Of a stretch of DNA of 42,203 nt, positions 35,524 through 42,203 are shown piece by piece. This stretch comes from Candidatus Limnocylindrales bacterium (GTDB lineage: Bacteria > Chloroflexota > Limnocylindria > Limnocylindrales > CSP1-4): assembly GCA_035257225.1 (NCBI GenBank), contig DATEXG010000074.1, positions 1 to 42,203 of the forward strand. The letters are read 5' to 3'. Position 1 is the stretch's first letter. Each line of letters opens with the position of its first letter. The notes beneath the pieces were generated by a model. That model searched no databases. It worked only from the letters and a program-made list of their open reading frames with translations, and was not told the origin of the DNA. A program made the translations under genes and the position numbers.

Positions 35524-36528
35524 GTGTCGTTGCCGGTGCGGTCGACCAGGGTGAGGGTGTCTCTGGGCGCGGCCCTGATGATCTCGATATACGCGGCCGC
35601 CGTCGCAGCCTGCATGCCCGTCAACTCGGTGTCCTCAGGTGGCGCCGCGTCTGCGACGACCACGGCTTCCCGGCTCGTCGGCGAAGCCAACGCATCTGGC
35701 CCGGCCCAAGCGGCCACGCCGACGGGCGTCGAGAGCGCGGCCACGCCGACACCGACCATCACGCCTGAGACCCCGACGCCGACCCCGAAGCCCACGCCGA
35801 AGCCCACGCCGACTCGGCGGCCTACGCCGGTGCCGTATCGCGAGTACCACGTTCCGATCCTGATGTACCACAGGATCGTTCCGCTCTCGGAGTCCGGGCA
35901 GGAGCCGAACGGCCTGCTCATCCCGCCCGAGATCTTCACGGCCCAGATGCAGGCCCTTGCAGATGCAGGCTGGCGGACCATCACCCTGGGCGAGCTGGCG
36001 CAGGACATGCAGGATGGGACGCCACCGCCCGCGCGGACCTTCGTCATTACCATCGACGATGGCTGGTGGGATGGCTACACGTACGCCTTCCCGATCATGC
36101 GCAAGTACGGCTTCGTGGCGACCTACTTCGTGATATCGAGCCGCATCGGCCAGAAGGACAACCTCTTCCCCAGCGACCTGCAGGATCTGGTGGCCGCGGG
36201 AGACGAGATTGGCAACCACACCGAGAACCACGTTTCGCTGCAGACGGTGAACCTGGCGAGGGCCGAGGCCGAGGTCGACGACGCGTCGAACAGGATCGCC
36301 GAAGTGACCGGCATCCGACCCGTGTCACTTTCCTATCCCATGGGCGGAATCAACCAGGTCGCCCTTCTGGCCGTGAGCGAGTGCCCCGACCTCAAGATCG
36401 CGGTCACCGAAGGTTGGGGCGTGACCGAGAGCTGGCTCAACCGCTTCAACTCGCCGCGAGTGAGAGTCAACCCCACCACCAAACCGGACCGGCTCGTCGC
36501 GGATCTGACAGCCTGGCTCGGCCTTTAG
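35524..36528 (+). CDS. Polysaccharide deacetylase (NodB homology, CE4) with N-terminal anchor and Pro/Thr-rich linker
   Basis: FVITIDDGWWDGY (Asp-Asp metal/catalytic motif), GNHTENH (His-His), SYPMGG. GTG 35524 after AAGGGAG. Confidence 0.88.
   Translation: MSLPVRSTRVRVSLGAALMISIYAAAVAACMPVNSVSSGGAASATTTASRLVGEANASGPAQAATPTGVESAATPTPTITPETPTPTPKPTPKPTPTRRPTPVPYREYHVPILMYHRIVPLSESGQEPNGLLIPPEIFTAQMQALADAGWRTITLGELAQDMQDGTPPPARTFVITIDDGWWDGYTYAFPIMRKYGFVATYFVISSRIGQKDNLFPSDLQDLVAAGDEIGNHTENHVSLQTVNLARAEAEVDDASNRIAEVTGIRPVSLSYPMGGINQVALLAVSECPDLKIAVTEGWGVTESWLNRFNSPRVRVNPTTKPDRLVADLTAWLGL
35743..35835 (+). repeat. Low-complexity Thr/Pro/Lys linker coding region containing a tandem 12-nt unit
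   Basis: Encodes TPTPTITPETPTPTPKPTPKPTPTRRPTPVP. AAGCCCACGCCG is repeated back-to-back. Confidence 0.7.
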
Positions 36529-36542
36529 TTCCGCCGCCGCGC

Positions 36543-37745
36543 CTACCGGGCCACGCTCTCCTCGATCCGCAGCTTGGCCGCTTCCTCGTCGTAGATCGAC
36601 TCGATCGAGTTGACCATGAGCTCGATGCAGAAGCGCTCGTGGACCAGATCGTGACCACGGCGGGCGATCATGTCCGCGTACGGGTGGTCCGTCAGGAGCT
36701 TGATGAGGGCGGCCGCCAGGGCGTCGCAATCGTTCGGCGGGACGAGCAGTCCGGTCACCCCGTCCTCGATCATCTCCGGGATCCCGCCCACGTTCGAGGC
36801 GACCACGGGCCGGCTCAGGGCCATCGCCTCCAGGACGCTGAGACCCTGTGCTTCCCGGTATGAGGGCAGAACCGCCACGTCCAGAGCGGCCGTGACCGCC
36901 GGAACATCCTCGCGGCGGCCGGTGAAGACGATGCGCCCGTTCACGCCCAGCGACGCCGCCTCGGCCTCGAGGGCGTCGCGCTCCGAGCCCTCGCCAACGA
37001 CGAGCAGCCAGGCGTTGGGAACGGCGGCCAGGACCTCCGGCCAGGCGTCGATCAGGGTGCGGTGGCCCTTCTCGGCCTCCAGCCGCGCCACCACGCCAAC
37101 GATGGGCGCGTCCTCCGGAATGCGGTACTCGTCGTGGAGCGTGCAGCAGGGCTGCTGGTGGTTGTAGCGCTGCAGGTCGACGCCGTTGTAGATCAGGCTG
37201 ACGGGAGCACCGACGCGGCCTTCTTCACGGACCTTCCCCTCGATGGCCCGCGACACCACGATGAGCCTGTCCATCAGCAGAGTGAGCTGCCGAATCGTCT
37301 GCCGATCGTCGACGCAGCGGATCCGGCTCGAATGCACTGTCGAGATGATGGCCGGGCGCTTGCAGCCCTTCTCGCCGAGGAGCAGGGCGGCGCGAGTCCC
37401 GATGACCTCGGCCCGGTACATGTGGTTGTGGATGATCTCCGGGGCGAACGAGGCCACCGAGTCGGCCAGCTCCCGAACGGCCCGCCGGTCGTCCGGCTCG
37501 TCTATGACCGTCACGTCGACGCCGGCCCGCTGGAGCCGCCGGACGCTGCTGCCGTGCGACAGCGACACGACCCGAACTTCGTAGCACTCCGGGTTGAGGC
37601 GGGTCACGAGCGAGTGGACGTGCTCCTGCGCGCCGCCGTTCGTGCCGGTCGCCATGACCTCCAGAACCCGCACTCGACCGCCGTCGATCGGTTCGCGGGC
37701 GACATTGTCGAGGCAGGGCTCGAGGATCTCGTGTTCGGCGCCCAT
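36543..37745 (-). CDS. Glycosyltransferase family 4 (GT-B)
   Basis: RVLEVMATGTNGGAQEHV N-terminus. GRREDVPAVTAALDVAVLPSYREAQGLSVLEAMALSRPVVASNVGGIPEMI is the GT4 signature. The start is 2 nt after the upstream stop. Confidence 0.9.
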   Translation of the reverse strand: MGAEHEILEPCLDNVAREPIDGGRVRVLEVMATGTNGGAQEHVHSLVTRLNPECYEVRVVSLSHGSSVRRLQRAGVDVTVIDEPDDRRAVRELADSVASFAPEIIHNHMYRAEVIGTRAALLLGEKGCKRPAIISTVHSSRIRCVDDRQTIRQLTLLMDRLIVVSRAIEGKVREEGRVGAPVSLIYNGVDLQRYNHQQPCCTLHDEYRIPEDAPIVGVVARLEAEKGHRTLIDAWPEVLAAVPNAWLLVVGEGSERDALEAEAASLGVNGRIVFTGRREDVPAVTAALDVAVLPSYREAQGLSVLEAMALSRPVVASNVGGIPEMIEDGVTGLLVPPNDCDALAAALIKLLTDHPYADMIARRGHDLVHERFCIELMVNSIESIYDEEAAKLRIEESVAR

Positions 37746-37747
37746 CG

Positions 37748-38923
37748 CTATCGAACCTCCGCCGGGGCCGTGCGCTGGACGAGCAGGCGCCCGATCGGTT
37801 CGTCGACTGCGCCCCATTCGTATTTGTATGACTCGTTACCGCGCATGAAGTCGATGCGCGTTCGGCCCTGCTCGATGGCTCGTTGGATGTATAGCGCGAC
37901 CATTACCACTCCGGGGGATAGCTCTCTGGCGTCGGGTTCGACGCCGGCGTTGTAGTAGTAGACGGCTCGACCGTCGTCGAACGTGACCCCGGCCGCGATG
38001 CGACGGCCATCGACCGTCAGGAAGCTGAGATCTACGAGGCCGGACTGCGTGCACTCCTCGAACAGCCGGCCGAAGAAACGGCGGCTGGCGGCGCCGCCCT
38101 CGGTCGCCGGGAAGAGACCCTCCGCACCCCAGCGCTTCTGGTGCAGCTCCACGAAGGCGTCGAGATCGCCGAGCGCATCCGGCGAGCGTTCCAGGCGGAC
38201 CTCACCGGCCGCCTCGGCCCGGCGGATCTTGCGCCGTATCTCGTGGCGCTCCTTCTTGTCGAGCGTTCCGAGGAACGCCTCGAAGTCGGCGCCTGCGGGC
38301 AGCGTGAGAACCGGGCAGACGTCTTCCTGCTCTCGAGTGACGAACCAGCAGGCCTTGGGGGCGATCCACTCGAACGACGAGGCCAGGGCGTCGGCAGCCG
38401 GGTCGCCGGAGCGAAGGCGTCGCAGATCGACCACGTCCCAGCGCGACGGCTCCTCGGCGGCGAGCGCCTCCACCACGGCCTCGCAAACCGCCGCCATATC
38501 GGTCGGCGCCGCCAGGACCGTGGAGTAGTCGGCGTGGTAAGAAGCCCCGAAGAAGACGGCGGTCGCGGAAGCGGGCACGGGTCGGAGCGCCGGCCCGGCC
38601 TGGTGGCGGATGGTGGTTCGCGCCGCCACGTCCCCCGGCTCGAGCTCGTGGCGATGCATCAGCGGAACGATGCCGGCGATCGCGTCCGGGGCAGCCTCGT
38701 CCACCACCACGAACGTCTGGTCGTGGGCCGTGGCCCCGTAGGCATCCCACCACGCTCGCTGCACGCCGTGGCGCGAGAAGGGAGTGGCGTGGGATGTCGC
38801 ATCGACGAGCGCGTCCCAGGTTTCGGCCGGGATGGAATCGAAGGCACGTCGCGCGGCAACGAGGCGGCGCGGCGCGGCCGTCGCTCCAGCCGCGGATTCG
38901 AGCCGACCGGATCCTGCTGTCAT
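37748..38923 (-). CDS. CelD/BioF2-like GNAT-fold acyltransferase (FemAB-like)
   Basis: LDKKERHEIRRKIRRAE, FVELHQKRWG, AGVTFDDGRAVYYYNAGVEPD...SPGVVMVALYIQRAIEQG...IDFMRGNESYKYEWGA match the Acetyltransf_6 / CelD-like family. Confidence 0.82.
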   Translation of the reverse strand: MTAGSGRLESAAGATAAPRRLVAARRAFDSIPAETWDALVDATSHATPFSRHGVQRAWWDAYGATAHDQTFVVVDEAAPDAIAGIVPLMHRHELEPGDVAARTTIRHQAGPALRPVPASATAVFFGASYHADYSTVLAAPTDMAAVCEAVVEALAAEEPSRWDVVDLRRLRSGDPAADALASSFEWIAPKACWFVTREQEDVCPVLTLPAGADFEAFLGTLDKKERHEIRRKIRRAEAAGEVRLERSPDALGDLDAFVELHQKRWGAEGLFPATEGGAASRRFFGRLFEECTQSGLVDLSFLTVDGRRIAAGVTFDDGRAVYYYNAGVEPDARELSPGVVMVALYIQRAIEQGRTRIDFMRGNESYKYEWGAVDEPIGRLLVQRTAPAEVR

Positions 38924-39085
38924 CTCTTCGAACCGTCCGGACAGGCAGGCCCGCCATCGGGAAGGGAACGGCTGGTCACAAGGCGAGAATAGCACCGCCC
39001 CGGCCGAACACCCTGAAGGGGACATGTGGCGTCTCGCCGCAGCAATTCGTGCCTGCCCCATCTTCCCATCGACCCGGAAGCCGCC

Positions 39086-39523
39086 TCATGGAAGTCGCTC
39101 CAGCAGCACGACTGGGATCCGGCGGCTGGTCCGCCGCTGGTATTCCCCGAACGTGGGATATCTGTCGACGCGCTCGGCGTAGAGGCGGTCGCGCTCGGCT
39201 TCCTCCACCACGATCGCACGGGCCTGGAACCTCTCCGGGCCCAACTCCACGGTCACGATCGGGTTGGCAGCGAGGTTCAAGTACCAGGCGGGATGGGTCG
39301 GTGCGCCACTCTTTGACGCAACGATGACGTAGCGGTCGCCGTCGCGGGTGTAGACGAGGGGCGCGAGCCGCGGCTGGCCGGACTTCGCCCCGGTCGTCGT
39401 CAGGAGGAGCACGTCCCGGCCGGCAAACGGGCCGCTGGAGACCCGGCCGCCGTGGGCCCGGAAATCCTCTATGAGCGCCGCGGTCCGCGCGGCATATTCG
39501 GCTCGCGGGTCTGGCCCGGACAT
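39086..39523 (-). CDS. Deazaflavin (F420H2)-dependent nitroreductase/oxidoreductase, DDN family
   Basis: LLLTTTGAKSGQPRLAPLVYTRDGDRYVIVASKSGAPTHPAWYLNLAANP...RIPVVLLE is the DDN/PF04075 signature. ATG 39523 with a GGGAG SD. Confidence 0.88.
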   Translation of the reverse strand: MSGPDPRAEYAARTAALIEDFRAHGGRVSSGPFAGRDVLLLTTTGAKSGQPRLAPLVYTRDGDRYVIVASKSGAPTHPAWYLNLAANPIVTVELGPERFQARAIVVEEAERDRLYAERVDRYPTFGEYQRRTSRRIPVVLLERLP

Positions 39524-39656
39524 CAGCGTCTCCCATCCATTCACGCCGGCCGTGCCGGCATGATTGACATGCTAAGTACCCGGGAGGCTCGGCCCCTCCG
39601 GCGCGGTCACGGGTTACGCCCCACGGTCCGAAGGGCCGGTGTAGGGCAGGCCTGAG

Positions 39657-40799
39657 CTACGAATGCGCCGCTACGGCCGGCGCCTGGTCGTGGCCGGGCG
39701 GACGCTCCCGCAGCCCCTCGACCAGCACGACCGCAAGGCAAGCGAAGAACGCCAGCGGGATGGACGCCGCCGCGACCCACGAACCCGGACCTTCGTCGGC
39801 GAAAAGCGATATCCAGCCGGCGAGCGGGAAGACGAGGGCCCAGGAGCGGCCCCGCGCAACGAGCCAGGCAGTGGGCAGCAAGAGCAGGACGGCATAGTGG
39901 TCGCGGAGTGGCGAGCTGAGCAGCTGGCTGACCAGGATCGTGACCTGCAGGCTCGCTTCCGGTGAGGCCAGGCGCCAGGCGGTGAGAAGTGCGGCCAGGG
40001 CCAGCGCCACCGAACCCAGCTGAACGGCCGAGGCCACGATGTCAGAGGCCCCAGCCTGGTGGGCGATCGCGCCCGGCGCGAAGTTGTGCGGCGTCGTGAA
40101 CGTCCCGCTCAGCCCGCTGACCAGGTCCGCATACGTCGCCCACGCCGAGATGCCGGTGACCAGAGTCGCCGCCGCGGCCAGCGCCACTGCCGAGACCACG
40201 GCTACCGCGGCCGCCCGATACCGGCGCGTGGCGATCGCCCAGACCGCGAGCAGCCCAGGCTGCACCTTGATCAACGCTCCCCCGGCCGCCGCCGCCCCCA
40301 CGGCCGACGGCCGGTCCATCCAGCGCCACGCGGCGGCGAACCCGAGGAAGAGGATCGGCTCGACCTGGCCCAGTTTGACGGCGTAGAGAAGTGGCCAGTC
40401 GAGGGCAGCAACGACCAGCACGAGCCACCGCACGTCCCGGCGGACCGGCAACAGCGCCACCCCTGCCAGGAAGCACGCGGCCATGGCCATACACCACAGG
40501 GCGGCAGCGGCATCGCCGAATACCAGCCACGGGACAAGCGCCACGGCAAAGGGCGGTGGGTACGTGTAGGTCCCCGGGCACGTCCCTATGCGGATCGAGA
40601 AGACGTTGTCGTAGATCGGTTGACCGTTCACCAGGTGCCGGGCCGCGCCCTCATAGCACGTGTAGTCGTAGCCGAGGGTCTTGCCGGCGGACGCCAGTAC
40701 GAGCCCGACCATGACGGCGAAGAGCACAAGGGCCCCCACAGGGACGAGTAAGTCGGCAGGTCGCGGGCCGTGCAACGCCCGCGAATCGGCCCCGATCAT
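39657..40799 (-). CDS. Integral-membrane GT-C glycosyltransferase, GT87/DUF2029-like (polyprenol-P-mannose dependent mannosyltransferase type)
   Basis: About 10 TM helices. The first-loop motif DYTCYEGAARHLVNGQPIYD....YTYPPPFAVALVP is typical of DUF2029/GT87. Confidence 0.78.
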   Translation of the reverse strand: MIGADSRALHGPRPADLLVPVGALVLFAVMVGLVLASAGKTLGYDYTCYEGAARHLVNGQPIYDNVFSIRIGTCPGTYTYPPPFAVALVPWLVFGDAAAALWCMAMAACFLAGVALLPVRRDVRWLVLVVAALDWPLLYAVKLGQVEPILFLGFAAAWRWMDRPSAVGAAAAGGALIKVQPGLLAVWAIATRRYRAAAVAVVSAVALAAAATLVTGISAWATYADLVSGLSGTFTTPHNFAPGAIAHQAGASDIVASAVQLGSVALALAALLTAWRLASPEASLQVTILVSQLLSSPLRDHYAVLLLLPTAWLVARGRSWALVFPLAGWISLFADEGPGSWVAAASIPLAFFACLAVVLVEGLRERPPGHDQAPAVAAHS

Positions 40800-41668
40800 T
40801 GCCGGGAGGCCCCCTTGCCCGACCCGGCTGAGGGCCGTCCGGGCTCGGCGTCGGCTGATCGACCGGCACCCTCCGAACCGTCAGTCGACTCCTGCGTCGC
40901 CCGTTTGAGCTCCCGATGCCCGAACCGGATTCGCACGAGGTCCCAGGCGACCCGGAGCGCCAGCTTCGGCCGGGTATGCATGCGCGAGCCTCGCCTATCC
41001 GCCCAGACGACCGGCACGATCGCAATCCGATAGCCTCGCCGCCGGGCCAGGTAGATCAAGTCCACGTCGAAGGCAATGCTGGTGATCCGCAAGCGGCTGA
41101 AGAGATCACGGGCCACGGCCTGACGGAATCCCTTGAAACCGCACTGGGTGTCTTTCACCGAACCTGTGGCCCAGAGCTGTGCCGCGAAACGGAAGAGCCG
41201 TCCGACCAGACGCCGAAAGCGCGGCTGGGTGAAGCGCATGTCCGAGCCGTCGGGCTGGATGCGGCTGCCCAGGGCAACGTCGGCGGTCTCGAGCGCCCCG
41301 ACCAGCTTGACCAGCTGGTCGGGCGGCGTGGCCATGTCGGCGTCCGCAAAGACGAGGGCATCGCCCTCCGCGGTGAGCATTCCCGCCCGGACCGCGGCGC
41401 CCTTTCCGCCGTGCGGGAGGGTCAGAAGCCTCAGCCAGGGGCAGTCGCGGCGAGACGGCGCCAGCCCATCGGCCGCGAACTCCGGCCTGGCCCGCACCAG
41501 CGCGGCGGTCCCGTCCGTACTGCCGTCGTCCACGACCAGCACGCTCACGAGTTCAGGCAGGTCCCCGGGCGGCGCCGAGCAGAGGTACGCGAACAGCTCG
41601 TCCAGCGCCGGACCCAGGCGGGCCTCCTCGTTGTAGGCAGGCAGAACGATCCCGAGGCTGGAAAGCAT
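40796..41668 (-). CDS. GT2 polyprenol-phosphate glycosyltransferase (Ppm1/DPM1/GtrB-like)
   Basis: IVLPAYNEE, VLVVDDGSTDGT, FADADMATPP (DxD), GSRI, QCGFK. ATGA overlap with the GT87 gene start. Confidence 0.9.
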   Translation of the reverse strand: MLSSLGIVLPAYNEEARLGPALDELFAYLCSAPPGDLPELVSVLVVDDGSTDGTAALVRARPEFAADGLAPSRRDCPWLRLLTLPHGGKGAAVRAGMLTAEGDALVFADADMATPPDQLVKLVGALETADVALGSRIQPDGSDMRFTQPRFRRLVGRLFRFAAQLWATGSVKDTQCGFKGFRQAVARDLFSRLRITSIAFDVDLIYLARRRGYRIAIVPVVWADRRGSRMHTRPKLALRVAWDLVRIRFGHRELKRATQESTDGSEGAGRSADAEPGRPSAGSGKGASRQ

Positions 41669-41791
41669 GATCGGGAGTGTACGGGCCCGTCCCTCGGTCC
41701 GCACCGCCCGCAGCGGCACCGCTCGCGACGCGTCGCACCGGTCGGCGGGGGCAGATAGGTCGTTCGTACCGGCTGGAGGCAGTCCCGGCCG

Positions 41792-42203
41792 GTGCTACGC
41801 TGCACCGCCGTGCGAATCCCCTTCGCTCTGTTTGCGCTTGCCCTGGTCGTCAGGGCGCTGCTCTTCGGGTTGCATCCGGACGCGGCCTATCCAGATTCGT
41901 ACTACTACGTGGACGTCGCTCGGGCGTTGCAGTCCGGGCACGGCTTCAACGTCGACTTCATCTACTCGTTCCTGGACGTTGGCAGCAGGATTCCGCCCAA
42001 CCCAACCCTGCCGATCCCGAGCAACGGCTTCTGGATGCCCCTGGCCTCGATCGTTCAGGTGCCGACGATGTGGCTGCTGGGGCCCACTACGCTGGCATCC
42101 GCGCTGCCGTTCATGCTCATCGGCTCCCTCGCCGCGCCGCTGACCTGGCTGGTCGCGCGCGAGATCGGCTGCCGGCCGGCGGTCGCTCTGGCGGCGGGGA
42201 TCG
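41792..42203 (+). CDS. GT-C membrane glycosyltransferase, GT39/ArnT/PMT_2-like; 3' end lies outside the window
   Basis: Not in the ORF track because there is no stop before the window edge. My own translation from GTG 41810 is VRIPFALFALALVVRALLFGLHPDAAYPDSYYYVDVARALQSGHGFNVDF..., with a PMT_2-like first-loop motif and TM helices. An alternative GTG at 41792 lies 12 nt after GGAGG. Confidence 0.7.
   Translation, partial: MLRCTAVRIPFALFALALVVRALLFGLHPDAAYPDSYYYVDVARALQSGHGFNVDFIYSFLDVGSRIPPNPTLPIPSNGFWMPLASIVQVPTMWLLGPTTLASALPFMLIGSLAAPLTWLVAREIGCRPAVALAAGI

Noticed and set aside
1-42203. Search for CRISPR arrays, IS elements/transposases, integrases, prophage genes, tRNA/rRNA genes and recognisable defence-system genes
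   Set aside because: I found none. There are no regularly spaced repeats beyond the short ones listed, no recombinase- or nuclease-like ORFs, and no tRNA-like cloverleaf candidates in the spacers I inspected.

Overview
This is a visibly high-GC, gene-dense chromosomal segment. The gene content (F420-dependent DDN-family enzyme, GT87/DUF2029, GT39-like and Ppm1-like glycosyltransferases, many lipoproteins) points to an Actinomycetota- or Chloroflexota-like bacterium. I support about 45 protein-coding genes. I found no rRNA, tRNA, CRISPR array, transposase or integrase, so it reads as core or semi-core chromosome rather than a mobile island.

Gene content in order:
- Central metabolism: AspC/TyrB aminotransferase (5' end outside the window), malic enzyme, alanine dehydrogenase, phosphoglucomutase.
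- A phosphoesterase lipoprotein plus a DHA2 MFS transporter.
- A complete AmmeMemoRadiSam triad: Memo-like B and radical SAM in an ATGA-coupled pair, with AMMECR1-like A divergent.
- HtrA protease, an ABC-2 exporter, lipoproteins, and an OpuC/ProU-type osmoprotectant ABC importer.
- A second DHA2 MFS transporter, DUF2277, a TM-GAF-GGDEF diguanylate cyclase, a Gfo/Idh/MocA oxidoreductase and a cold-shock protein.
- A tightly coupled GT4 / unknown / GH130 operon.
- SRPBCC and VOC proteins.
- A cell-envelope glycan cluster: NodB deacetylase, GT4, CelD-like GNAT, GT87, Ppm1-like GT2 and a GT39/ArnT-like gene that runs off the 3' end.

Candidates for poorly understood biology:
1. The AmmeMemoRadiSam locus, including a coding-like 63-codon ORF in its divergent spacer.
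2. The GT4 / unknown / GH130 operon.
3. The polyprenol-phosphate-sugar type glycosylation cluster.
4. An orphan 186-aa protein behind an unusual repeat-bearing 213-nt leader.

Many long ORFs in the supplied track are alternative-frame or antisense artefacts of the high GC content, and I rejected them. All family assignments come from reading motifs by eye. No searches were run.
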